Assembly (NCBI GenBank): GCA_964588955.1
Contig: CAZPQJ010000006.1
Location: 3,580 to 67,579 of the forward strand
Direction of reading: 5' to 3'
DNA length: 64,000 nucleotides
From: an uncultured Gammaproteobacteria bacterium
GTDB taxonomy: Bacteria > Patescibacteriota > Patescibacteriia > UBA9934 > CAMTUG01
The notes below the pieces were generated by a model. That model was given only the letters and a program-made list of their open reading frames with translations, did no database searches and was not told the origin of the DNA. Below, piece by piece: positions 17,660 to 25,868 of this stretch (positions are counted from its first letter, which is position 1; the number at the start of each line of letters is the position of its first letter). The position numbers were made by a program, and so were the translations under genes.

Positions 17660-19669
17660 ATGACCCACACAGCCAATTTTCTCGAAGAGCATGGTGGAAC
17701 TGGCCATCATCACCATGCCCACCATCATCCGCGACGACGTTTGAAGAAACGTCTTGTTGGCGTTTTGCTTGTCGTGCTTATTGTCTATGCGGGCGTGGCC
17801 GCTCTTGGGGCGGGGCGGGTGATTGCCGCTTCGCTGGACGCCAAAGACGCCATGGATCGTGCCATTGTTGCCGCGAAAGATTTGAATTTTCCCGCCGCGA
17901 CAACGGAATTAGACACGGTGTCGCAAGATATTGCTCGAGCGAAACGCGGATTGGTTTGGTTGAGTCCCTTGAAGATTATTCCTTACGTTGGCGATCAGGT
18001 GCGCGCGGCAAGTGACGTATTGTCGGCGAGTGAGCGTTTGATGCCTTCGTTGCAAGACGCGGTGCGTATCGCCGCCGACGTTGTTGAAGTTGTGGCTCGC
18101 GCCCAAGCGTTGACGACCACGCCAACTGACGCGTCGCTGAGTTATCTTTCCATGTCCGACGATTTGCGCCACGACGTGTTGTTGAAGTTGCATCAATCCG
18201 AACCGCAGTTGAAATTGATGCGTACCCGTTTGGCGTTGGCCGAAGCTGATGTGCAGGAACTGGATCAGCTCACCTTATTGGAACCATTGCGCCAAGCGGT
18301 GGAGCCGTTTCGTCAGCTGATTCCGGAACTTTCTTCGGCGGTGCAATTTTTGGTGCCTGTGGCAGAGATTGTTCCAGAGTTCGGGGGGCTCGATACGGTC
18401 AAGCGGTATTTAGTGCTTTTTGAAAATAACACCGAGTTGCGTCCGGGCGGAGGATTTGTCGGCAACTACGTTGGGTCGATGACTATCGCCGACGGGGCGA
18501 TCAAAGGGATCAATACCGAAGACTCGTATTCCATTGACGGCGCGGTTGAAGGGCTGGTTACAACGCCTCCTCCCGCTCCGTTACAAAAATACTTAGGGGT
18601 TAACGCCTGGTATTTCCGTGACGCCAACTGGTCGCCGGATTTTTCGGTGTCGGCGCGACAGTCATTGGCATTGTTGAATGACGAAGAAGGTTTACTCGGT
18701 CGGACGCGGGCCGTTTACGACGGCGTGATTGCTTTAACTCCAACGTTTGCCGCGGACTTGTTAGAGCTTGTGGGTCCTGTTGCGATCGACGGTCAAACCT
18801 TCACTTCAGAAAATATCGCCGACACCTTGGAGTATCAGGTCGAGTTTGGATTCGCAGAACAAGGGTTGCCAAGAGATCAGCGCAAGGAGATTGTGGATCA
18901 GCTTTCGGAAGAGGTGATGAATCGATTGTTTCATTTGCCGCTCAGCGCGTGGCTTTCCGTGAGCGATGTGGCCATGCAAGCGATTGCCGAAAAACAACTG
19001 CTGGTCTACAGCGCCAATACAGATACGGAACAAGCGTTGGTTGATGCTGGTTGGGCGGGGACGCTGGTTGTGAACGAAGGGCATGACTTTTTGTCGGTGG
19101 TTGATGCTAACCTTGCCAGTTTGAAATCCGATCCCGCGGTGGCGCGAACAATCACCTATGGCGTGAAGGAACAAACAGACGGTACGCTTCTGGCCGACGT
19201 GTCCATCGCCTACACGCACAATGGATCTTTCGATTGGAAAACAACGCGTTATCGCACGTACACTCGCGTTTTTGTTCCGCTTGGCAGTACGCTTGTGAGC
19301 GCAGATGGTATGTTGGAAAACGACAAATTGTTGAATCCCTCGCGCAAGCCAGGCGTTGTGGATGTGGCTGATGAATCGGGTTTCACCACCTTCGGCGCTT
19401 TTATTTCGATCGAACCGGGAGACACAGGGGTGCTACACTTTACTTACACGCTCCCCGAGACGCTTAGCCAAACCATCAAACAAGGAACATATCAACTCGA
19501 TGTTGCCAAACAGCCGGGAGCGCAAAATAACAAGTTGACGGTGGCGGTCGATTTTGGTAAACCTCTGACGTCTGCCACGCCTGCGGAAGACCCATCGCAG
19601 TTTGGGAATAGTCAGTATGTGGTCAATACTGTGTTGGATCGAGATCAGCAGTTTATCGTTAGATTCTAG
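17660..19669 (+). CDS. membrane-anchored extracytoplasmic protein, DUF4012-like
   Basis: The N-terminus is His-rich (HHHHAHHH), followed by a single TM. Conserved ENNTELRPGGGFVGNYVGS and NAWYFRDANWSPDF blocks are remembered from the DUF4012 family, which often neighbours glycosyltransferases. Confidence 0.45.
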   Translation: MTHTANFLEEHGGTGHHHHAHHHPRRRLKKRLVGVLLVVLIVYAGVAALGAGRVIAASLDAKDAMDRAIVAAKDLNFPAATTELDTVSQDIARAKRGLVWLSPLKIIPYVGDQVRAASDVLSASERLMPSLQDAVRIAADVVEVVARAQALTTTPTDASLSYLSMSDDLRHDVLLKLHQSEPQLKLMRTRLALAEADVQELDQLTLLEPLRQAVEPFRQLIPELSSAVQFLVPVAEIVPEFGGLDTVKRYLVLFENNTELRPGGGFVGNYVGSMTIADGAIKGINTEDSYSIDGAVEGLVTTPPPAPLQKYLGVNAWYFRDANWSPDFSVSARQSLALLNDEEGLLGRTRAVYDGVIALTPTFAADLLELVGPVAIDGQTFTSENIADTLEYQVEFGFAEQGLPRDQRKEIVDQLSEEVMNRLFHLPLSAWLSVSDVAMQAIAEKQLLVYSANTDTEQALVDAGWAGTLVVNEGHDFLSVVDANLASLKSDPAVARTITYGVKEQTDGTLLADVSIAYTHNGSFDWKTTRYRTYTRVFVPLGSTLVSADGMLENDKLLNPSRKPGVVDVADESGFTTFGAFISIEPGDTGVLHFTYTLPETLSQTIKQGTYQLDVAKQPGAQNNKLTVAVDFGKPLTSATPAEDPSQFGNSQYVVNTVLDRDQQFIVRF

Positions 19670-19672
19670 CGT

Positions 19673-20677
19673 ATGTTCTCAAAAAAAATTGCCATCGACT
19701 TAGGCACCACCACGGTCCTCGTTTACATGCCCAAACGAGGCATTATTATCCATGAGCCAAGCGTGGTGGCTATTTCGACGATTGATAAAAAAGTTTTGGC
19801 GGTGGGCAAAGAGGCCAAAGATATGCTCGGCCGCACGCCAGACACGATCGTTGCCAAGCGTCCGCTCAAAGACGGCGTGATCGCTGATTATCGCACCACC
19901 GAAGCCATGCTGCGCTATTTTATTAACAAGGCGCTCGGCGGCATTCGTTTGTTGCGTCCAGAAGTGATGGTGGCCGTGCCGGGTGGGATTACTTCCACCG
20001 AACGTCGCGCGGTGATTGATGCCACGGTGGCAGCGGGAGCTAAAGCGGCTTATATTATTAAAGAGCCAATTGTGGCGGCGATCGGCGCCAACATTCCCAT
20101 TGGTTCGCCGTCGGGGCACATGGTAGTAGACATTGGCGGAGGAACGGCAGAGATGGCGGTGCTATCTTTGGGAGGTATTGTCTCCTCGGCTTCGGTGCGT
20201 ATTGGTGGAGTCAAAATCGACGCGGCCATTCAGGAATTTATTCGTCGCAAATACGGCTTGGCCATTGGCGAGCGCACCAGCGAGGAAATCAAAATTCAAA
20301 TCGGTTCGGCCATGTATATGGCCGACAAGTTGACGATGGAAATTAAAGGCCGCGACATGGTGACGGGCTTGCCGAAGTTTTTAGAAGTGACTTCCGACGA
20401 CGTGACCGAAGCGATTCAAAATGAACTAGAAGGAATTGTGGCCACGGTGAAAGAAGTGCTTCATAAAACCCCGCCAGAACTATCTGCCGATGTGATGGAG
20501 AAGGGGATCGTGCTGACAGGCGGTTCCTCGCAGCTGCGTAATTTGGATCAATTGATCGCTGAAGCCACGGGGGTGCCGACCTATGTGGCCGATGAGCCGC
20601 AAATGTGCGTGGCCAAAGGAACGGGAATTGCTCTTGAAAACCTTGAGGCCTACAAACGCAGCATTTTTAGTAGTTAA
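19673..20677 (+). CDS. mreB: rod shape-determining actin homolog MreB
   Basis: IAIDLGTTTVLVYMP, the DGVIADY phosphate-2 region, the VVDIGGGTAEMAVLSLGG adenosine motif and LTGGSSQLRNLDQLI are all present. Confidence 0.85.
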   Translation: MFSKKIAIDLGTTTVLVYMPKRGIIIHEPSVVAISTIDKKVLAVGKEAKDMLGRTPDTIVAKRPLKDGVIADYRTTEAMLRYFINKALGGIRLLRPEVMVAVPGGITSTERRAVIDATVAAGAKAAYIIKEPIVAAIGANIPIGSPSGHMVVDIGGGTAEMAVLSLGGIVSSASVRIGGVKIDAAIQEFIRRKYGLAIGERTSEEIKIQIGSAMYMADKLTMEIKGRDMVTGLPKFLEVTSDDVTEAIQNELEGIVATVKEVLHKTPPELSADVMEKGIVLTGGSSQLRNLDQLIAEATGVPTYVADEPQMCVAKGTGIALENLEAYKRSIFSS

Positions 20678-20806
20678 ATTCGAAATTCTAAATCACAAAT
20701 CCGAAACAATAGGAAAATCCTAATCGGAAAAGGTGAAAACAGTTTGTGGATTTCTTTTTTAGATTTTAGAATTTGTTTGGTACTTCGGATTTAGAATTTA
20801 GTATTT
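20678..20806. repeat. left arm of ~125-bp inverted repeat flanking the GT4 gene (AT-rich modular repeat family)
   Basis: Its reverse complement matches 21964-22092. About the first 73 nt are identical and the remainder is ~90% identical. It ends 1 nt before the ATG at 20807. Confidence 0.6.
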
Positions 20807-21958
20807 ATGAAAACGTACGGCATTGACGCCAATCCGGCGGCGCGCAGCGAGCGCACCGGCACGGAACAATACGCCTTCAATCTGATTGAAGCGATGAAAC
20901 AAATACCGCTTGCCGATGGCGAGCGGGTTGTTTTGTATTCCGCGCAGACGCTGACGGGAGAGTTGGCGGAGATGCCGCAAGGCTGGTCGTCGCACGTGTT
21001 GGGTTGGCCAATCAAGCGTTTGTGGACTCAAGGACGATTGAGTTGGGAAATGTGGCGTCGAGCGCCAGACGTGTTGTTTGTGCCGGCGCATGTCGTGCCG
21101 AAGGTGCATCCCAAGCGGACGGTCACAACAGTGCACGATGTCGGTTTTCATCGCTATCCGTCTTTGTACACAACAAAAGCTCGCCGTTATCTTGAAGCGT
21201 CGACGAAGTTTGCCATTAAAACCTGCGCGGCGATTCTCACCCCGTCGGCCTTTACCAAACAAGAATTAGTCGAGCTGTATCACGCCAAGGCAGAAAAGAT
21301 CTTTGTGACTCCGCTGGCTCCGGGGAGTGTTTTCGTTCAAGCGCGTTCCGATCGAAGCGGGGACGTGTTGCAAGAGAACTTGCTTCCTCACGAAGCGCCA
21401 CCGTCGGCCGCTTACGGCGGCCACTACTTTTTGACCGTCAGCCGTATGGAGGCCAAAAAAAATATCGCCACATTGATTCGCGCGTTTGAAATGTTTAAAG
21501 AGCGCCGGGGGATTGGTGATCCGTTTCAATTGCTTCTGGTCGGTAAACCGGGATTTGGATTTGAGCAGATTCGTTTGCTGATCGATCGCTCGCCGTTTAA
21601 AGATGCTATTCGTTTGTTGGGATTTGTCGATGACGCGCCGTTGCTTGCGCTCATGCGTGGAGCGACGGCGTATGTGTATCCATCGTGGTACGAGGGATTG
21701 GGGATTTCGGCGATCGAGGCGCTGTCTGTTGGTACGCCGTTGATTGCCTCGAACATTCCCGCCTTGCGCGAAGCGGCGGAGGACGCGGCGTTGTATTTCG
21801 CGCCGTCCTCACCAGAAGAGTTGTCGGCACGATTGCGCCAAGCGGCCGACGGTGATGGCGTAGAAGTGATGCGTCAAAAAGGATTGGCGCGAGCGGCGGC
21901 GTTTGATTGGAATAAAACGGCGGAAGCCACCTGGAGCGTTTTGCGAGAACCTATTTAG
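20807..21958 (+). CDS. glycosyltransferase family 4 (GT-B, group 1)
   Basis: The C-terminal EGLGISAIEALSVGTPLIASNIPALRE is the GT4 E-x7-E region. The gene is bracketed exactly by inverted repeats. Confidence 0.75.
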   Translation: MKTYGIDANPAARSERTGTEQYAFNLIEAMKQIPLADGERVVLYSAQTLTGELAEMPQGWSSHVLGWPIKRLWTQGRLSWEMWRRAPDVLFVPAHVVPKVHPKRTVTTVHDVGFHRYPSLYTTKARRYLEASTKFAIKTCAAILTPSAFTKQELVELYHAKAEKIFVTPLAPGSVFVQARSDRSGDVLQENLLPHEAPPSAAYGGHYFLTVSRMEAKKNIATLIRAFEMFKERRGIGDPFQLLLVGKPGFGFEQIRLLIDRSPFKDAIRLLGFVDDAPLLALMRGATAYVYPSWYEGLGISAIEALSVGTPLIASNIPALREAAEDAALYFAPSSPEELSARLRQAADGDGVEVMRQKGLARAAAFDWNKTAEATWSVLREPI

Positions 21959-21963
21959 CGCAT

Positions 21964-22092
21964 TAAATACTAAATTCTAAATCCGAAGTACCAAACAAAT
22001 TCTAAAATCTAAAAAAGAAATCCACAAACTGTTTTCACTTTTTCCGATTAGGATTTCCCGATTGTTTCGTATTTCGTATTTAGATTTTAGAA
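21964..22092. repeat. right arm of ~125-bp inverted repeat flanking the GT4 gene
   Basis: It starts 6 nt after the stop codon: aatactaaattctaaatccgaagtaccaaacaaattctaaaatctaaaaaagaaatccacaaactgttttcac... It is the reverse complement of 20678-20806. Confidence 0.6.
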
Positions 22093-22129
22093 TTTAAATT
22101 TCCCCCCTCGTCTGTTATACTAAAACTCT

Positions 22130-22900
22130 ATGGATCACTTGTCCCGTGAGCTCATCCATTTGGGGCTCTCTGAAAAAGAAGCGGCGGTGTACACGGCCGC
22201 GCTGCAGCTTGGACCCGCCCCGGTGCAAGACATTGCCGAGCTCTCGCAAGTGAATCGCGCCACCACCTACGTGATGATCGAGATGTTGGAGAAGCGCGGG
22301 CTCATTTCTAGCAGTCAAAAAGACAACAAACGCATTTTTATTGCCGAAGCGCCGGAACGCTTGCTCTCCCTTTTGCGCGTACAGAAAAAAGAGTTGGAGG
22401 AACAGGAACAAGAGTTGGTGCAATTGCTGCCCAAGTTGAATGCCTTGTTTAACCGTGCTGGTGAAAAACCGGAAGTGCGCTATTTGGAAGGTCCGGAAGG
22501 ATTAGAAATGTTGCGCCGTGGGTTTGAAGGGCTGGAAGGGGAGACGGTGCAGATGATCGGCTATGATGCGTTTGTGAAAAGCATGGCCTTTGACGAAACG
22601 GTGCAGCACCGCGAAACACTGAAGAAAAAAGAAGCGCCGATTCGCGCTTTGCTAATTACCGAACGCTCGCGTGAAGAATTAGCGCCGCAGTTTTTGGAAA
22701 CGCTTGGCGCGGGATTTGATTTTCGCTTGGTGCCACCGAGTACCTTTCCGTTTTCTGTGCAAGGCGAAGTAACCGTGCGTGCCGATAAAATTGATTTGTT
22801 TACCTACGCCGCCACGCCACTAGCCATTGAAATCCGTTCGTCCATGTTGGCCGATGTCCTGCGCGCGTTGTTTGAAGTGGCTTGGATGGGAGTGAAATAG
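22130..22900 (+). CDS. TrmB-family transcriptional regulator
   Basis: The N-terminal wHTH is LGLSEKEAAVYTAALQLGPAPVQDIAELSQVNRATTYVMIEMLEKRGLI, followed by a coiled coil and a C-terminal sensor-like domain. Confidence 0.6.
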   Translation: MDHLSRELIHLGLSEKEAAVYTAALQLGPAPVQDIAELSQVNRATTYVMIEMLEKRGLISSSQKDNKRIFIAEAPERLLSLLRVQKKELEEQEQELVQLLPKLNALFNRAGEKPEVRYLEGPEGLEMLRRGFEGLEGETVQMIGYDAFVKSMAFDETVQHRETLKKKEAPIRALLITERSREELAPQFLETLGAGFDFRLVPPSTFPFSVQGEVTVRADKIDLFTYAATPLAIEIRSSMLADVLRALFEVAWMGVK

Positions 22901-22926
22901 CTCGCTTTTTTATGCGTTCTGAAATA

Positions 22927-22964
22927 CAAAAATCTCTGCTGGGGAGAACAGAGATTTTTGTTGT
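22927..22964. terminator. rho-independent terminator
   Basis: caaaaatctctgctggggagaacagagatttttgttg is a perfect 11-bp palindromic stem with A-run and T-run on both sides. Confidence 0.55.
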
Positions 22965-23055
22965 CTTAGAGACCATGAGTCAAATCGTAATTGTCTAACT
23001 CACGGCCTCAGTTGATGCTGGTGGGAGAGTGTCCCATCCGGCGGTCGGAAGGCGT

Positions 23056-23274
23056 TCAACGGCCTTGGTGTTTTCGTTCCAAGTAGCCGTCCGCGTAGAT
23101 CACCACCAGGTCAAGCGTTTGGCAGGTCTTCTGCCAAAACGACTGGTCGGGTTTTTTCCACGCGGCACGGACGAGGCTCACGAAGAGCGCGATCCGACTC
23201 GGGTACTTTCCCGGTACGAACACTTCATGATGTGTGTACTCGGGGTTCTCGGCGAGAGGTATCTCTTTTTTCAT
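23056..23274 (-). CDS. hypothetical protein (72 aa) in high-GC islet
   Basis: MKKEIPLAENPEYTHHEVFVPGKYPSRIALFVSLVRAAWKK... It has sensible composition, lies in tandem with the preceding small gene, and has no recognisable family. Confidence 0.4.
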   Translation of the reverse strand: MKKEIPLAENPEYTHHEVFVPGKYPSRIALFVSLVRAAWKKPDQSFWQKTCQTLDLVVIYADGYLERKHQGR

Positions 23275-23290
23275 TTGTCCTCTTGGGTGT

Positions 23291-23434
23291 TTCAGAGCAC
23301 CCGATCGGCCAGGCTGATCAGCAGGGCGATGGTGAAGCCGAGACCAAGGAACCTCGGCCAGCGGCGAGGCTTCTGATCCTCAACCTCCACGGGGTGGTTA
23401 AAGTGAGGGACTTTCACGTACCGAACGCGATCCA
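23291..23434 (-). CDS. hypothetical small membrane protein (47 aa)
   Basis: MDRVRYVKVPHFNHPVEVEDQKPRRWPRFLGLGFTIALLISLADRVL was found by hand because it is below the ORF-track cut-off. It is preceded by a conserved leader that is shared with the gene at 23590..23979. Confidence 0.35.
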
Positions 23435-23520
23435 TGAGATTTCTCGTGGTTGAGGGAGATATGCTTCGTCCCGAACGATTCGAGCTTCCGCGAAAGAAGT
23501 GGCGATGGTGTCGTCAGTTC
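23435..23520 (-). promoter_or_regulatory. conserved leader/operator-like module (copy 1 of pair)
   Basis: The minus-strand sense is ttcgcggaagctcgaatcgttcgggacgaagcatatctccc...ATG. It contains the near-palindrome cgaacgattcg. Its paralog is 23980..24060 (~80% identical over ~60 nt). Confidence 0.35.
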
Positions 23521-23589
23521 TTTTGCGGAGGGGATCGATGTTCTCGATCCCCGCCATGACCGTCAGCTCGGCCGAGACGTCTTGCTGAA

Positions 23590-23979
23590 TTAGAACGGAT
23601 CCCGGGGGAGCCTGCAACGGTCCTCGAAGAACCTTGCCGTCTTCCCGTACTCGAACGGATTTGTACGCAGGGCGCACAGAATCCGCTGGAAGACCATCCA
23701 TTTGGTCTCCGGGACCCAAATCTCCCATTCCTGGTTCCACAGGATGAGCCTACAGGGGATCCGCAGTTCATCCGCGTACTGAACCAGATAGTGCCACTGC
23801 ACTTCATGCTGTGCGAATTCCCGACCATCTCGGGTCGGGCGGACGTCGCCACCGCGCGCCGCTTGCGCACGGGTCTCCTGTTGGAGCCTCGTTGTGGCGA
23901 ACTCGACGCTGTCCCCCTTCTTGAAAGGGGTGACGAGCTCCTTGATCCAGTTCGGGGCATCGAAAAGAGGGTGGGCCAT
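23590..23979 (-). CDS. hypothetical protein (129 aa) in high-GC islet
   Basis: The start is set at MAHPLFDAPNWIKEL, preceded by caggagtctgacATG, which has a good AGGAG ribosome-binding site. The upstream extension to 24108 lies inside the repeated leader. Confidence 0.45.
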   Translation of the reverse strand: MAHPLFDAPNWIKELVTPFKKGDSVEFATTRLQQETRAQAARGGDVRPTRDGREFAQHEVQWHYLVQYADELRIPCRLILWNQEWEIWVPETKWMVFQRILCALRTNPFEYGKTARFFEDRCRLPRDPF

Positions 23980-24060
23980 GTCAGACTCCTGTGGGGGGAG
24001 AGGTGCTTCCGCTCGAAGGGTTCGAGTTTCCGCGAATGAAGCGACGATCTGTGGGGTGAG
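23980..24060 (-). promoter_or_regulatory. conserved leader/operator-like module (copy 2 of pair)
   Basis: ttcgcggaaactcgaacccttcgagcggaagcacctctccccc...ATG is paralogous to 23435..23520. Confidence 0.35.
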
Positions 24061-24199
24061 ATCTTCGACTCGTTCGCGGTGAGGTCTATCAGAATTGATG
24101 GACCTCACGTTGAGACGTTGGATGACGCAAGGGAGTTTTCACTGCTACCTCACTCATCCGCGAAATCCGCATTTTTACCGGTTGCGGTTCCGGAGCCTT

Positions 24200-24952
24200 T
24201 CAGGCGGCGAGGCGGGCGAGTTCGGCCGCGATGACCCGCTTGACCTCGTTGGCGCGCGGGTGGCGCTCGACCATGGCCTTCAGGTCCTTGCTGGTCGCCG
24301 GCAGGGTGGCGCCCAGCTGGTGCCCCTTGGCCTTGACGGCCATGAACACCTGGGACACCTGGTGGCGGTTGCTGAGGCGCGTCCAGGCGACCTCGACCTG
24401 TGTCGTCAGGGGCTCGACGACCGCCTCCTCGATGATGAAGTCGGCGTCGTTGGGCACCGGCGCGCACATGGCGATCGGCGCCTCGACCTCGAGGTCGGCC
24501 ACGGTCGGCTGGCGCTTGAGGACGTTGAGCCCGAGCTTGCGCTCGCAGGTGATCCGCAGGTTGCGGATCGACCGCTCGGCCTTGGGGTCGGTGCCGCTGG
24601 CCTTGAGGAGCCAGACGGCCACGCGACCCTTGCCGATGAACTCGAGCCCGAGGACGTCGCGGCGGATCGCCACGACCCAGGTGGGGTTCCGCCTCCCCGA
24701 CGCCATGGCGCCGAGGATCTGGAAGCCGTCGCCCATGACGGCGGCCATCCAGGGGCGGTTCGAGAACTCGCTCTCGATCACCATCCCCGGCGCCTTCTGC
24801 TCGGCGTCGAACTCCCGCAGGGCGAGCTCACGCCGTCGGTCGGCCACGAAGGCCTCCTTGGCCCGCTCCGTGGCCATCGGGTTCGTGCGGACGAACCGGC
24901 TGAGGGCGGCGGCGAGGGACGGGGTGAGGGACTTGATGATGCTGGAACGCAC
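24200..24952 (-). CDS. hypothetical protein (250 aa), largest gene of the high-GC islet
   Basis: The composition is balanced (K/E/R/A) with a coiled-coil-like N-terminus (ATERAKEAFVADRRRELALREFDAEQKA). The overlapping plus-strand ORFs are R/G/D/H-rich antisense artefacts. No family is recognised. Confidence 0.45.
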   Translation of the reverse strand: MRSSIIKSLTPSLAAALSRFVRTNPMATERAKEAFVADRRRELALREFDAEQKAPGMVIESEFSNRPWMAAVMGDGFQILGAMASGRRNPTWVVAIRRDVLGLEFIGKGRVAVWLLKASGTDPKAERSIRNLRITCERKLGLNVLKRQPTVADLEVEAPIAMCAPVPNDADFIIEEAVVEPLTTQVEVAWTRLSNRHQVSQVFMAVKAKGHQLGATLPATSKDLKAMVERHPRANEVKRVIAAELARLAA

Positions 24953-25092
24953 GGGGGACTCCTGGATGGGGGGGCTTTGGTGTCTATGTCCGGACCTACA
25001 GATTGCTTTCCGGATCTTAGTACCGAATCACGTGTTCATAATTCGATCCTTAGATGCGGAGGGGACCGAGTGCCAGTCCCCTCGAAGCGCGT

Positions 25093-25281
25093 TCAAAAGC
25101 CGGGGCGGTGGGAAGCCCGAGCGATCTCCTGGCGGCGAACCGCCTCGGAGAACTCCCGGCTTCCTACGTGTCGCCGACCAAGGAGATCTTGGATCTCCCG
25201 ATCGGCGACACGCTCATCCCGCGATCCTCTTCCGGCTCGATCGAGCCGGTCGAGAATCGTGTTCTCGATGTTCCAATTCAT
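25093..25281 (-). CDS. hypothetical protein (62 aa)
   Basis: MNWNIENTILDRLDRAGRGSRDERVADREIQDLLGRRHVGSREFSEAVRRQEIARASHRPGF has its start at ggagggaccATG, a strong ribosome-binding site. The longer track ORF starts inside the conserved leader. Confidence 0.4.
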   Translation of the reverse strand: MNWNIENTILDRLDRAGRGSRDERVADREIQDLLGRRHVGSREFSEAVRRQEIARASHRPGF

Positions 25282-25372
25282 GGTCCCTCCGGGATCGGTG
25301 ATTGAGGAGCGAAATTGCTGCCTCACCGAATGACACAATCTTTTGGATTCTGTCTTTTGGTGAAGGGCAGCG
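25282..25372 (-). promoter_or_regulatory. conserved ~90-nt leader with 10-bp inverted repeat (copy 1)
   Basis: The minus-strand sense is gctgcccttcaccaaaagacagaatccaaaagattgtgtcattcggtgaggcagcaatttcgctcctcaatcaccgatcccggagggaccATG. It pairs cttcaccaaa/ttcggtgagg. Its paralog is at 25537..25628. Confidence 0.35.
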
Positions 25373-25413
25373 CGTTGAGTTCGCGCCGCCCGACGAAGGT
25401 CAGGCCCTGGGTC

Positions 25414-25536
25414 CTACCAACCCTTGGGAGGCTTCACGAGAAGCCTCCACAGGATGATTGCGAGTGCCGTCGCGATCGCGAAGTCCAGGAACGGGGAGCA
25501 GAAGCTCCCCCAAAAGATATCGTAAATCGTCTGCAT
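25414..25536 (-). CDS. hypothetical small membrane protein (40 aa)
   Basis: MQTIYDIFWGSFCSPFLDFAIATALAIILWRLLVKPPKGW starts at cctggagggatcATG. The long upstream extension in the ORF track is G/R/P-rich junk. Confidence 0.35.
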   Translation of the reverse strand: MQTIYDIFWGSFCSPFLDFAIATALAIILWRLLVKPPKGW

Positions 25537-25628
25537 GATCCCTCCAGGATCTGTGGTTGAGAGAGCTGAAGTGCTCCTCACCAAATGACAGAATCGTTTT
25601 TGATTATGTTCTTTGGTGAGGGGCGGCT
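25537..25628 (-). promoter_or_regulatory. conserved ~90-nt leader with perfect 10-bp inverted repeat (copy 2)
   Basis: gccgcccctcaccaaagaacataatcaaaaacgattctgtcatttggtgaggagcacttcagctctctcaaccacagatcctggagggatcATG pairs cctcaccaaa/tttggtgagg perfectly, with a 27-nt spacer. Confidence 0.35.
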
Positions 25629-25661
25629 GTGAAGCAGCCGCCTCAGAGAGTCGGGGACCGA

Positions 25662-25868
25662 TCAGGCCGCGCGGCTCGTCGATCGGGATTTGTACGGCGC
25701 GAACGGTCGCGCCGACTGGGTCGCCACGGTCGGCCGGTGGCGGGTTGTCGGCATCGGCGCATTGCGCACGATGCCGATGATGTACGCGACGAGGCCGAGC
25801 CCCACCGCGGTGAACAGGACAGCGACCAGGCCGTCCCCAAAAGCCGACATCCATTGCTGGACTTCCAT
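25662..25868 (-). CDS. hypothetical small membrane protein (68 aa)
   Basis: MEVQQWMSAFGDGLVAVLFTAVGLGLVAYIIGIVRNAPMP... has one TM helix and a GC3-rich minus-strand frame. Confidence 0.35.
   Translation of the reverse strand: MEVQQWMSAFGDGLVAVLFTAVGLGLVAYIIGIVRNAPMPTTRHRPTVATQSARPFAPYKSRSTSRAA

Noticed and set aside
23414-23740. 108-aa minus-strand ORF in the high-GC islet
   Set aside because: Its C-terminal residues derive from reading through the duplicated leader repeat in a different frame from its paralog, and no ribosome-binding site is present. It is probably a spurious frame, and the 47-aa gene with a proper ribosome-binding site is preferred downstream.
24095-25333. 412-aa plus-strand ORF (and the 24231..25301 356-aa ORF) inside the high-GC islet
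   Set aside because: Its composition is dominated by R/G/L/D/H/P, typical of antisense frames in high-GC DNA. The opposite-strand 250-aa ORF has balanced composition and a ribosome-binding site. These are treated as artefacts.
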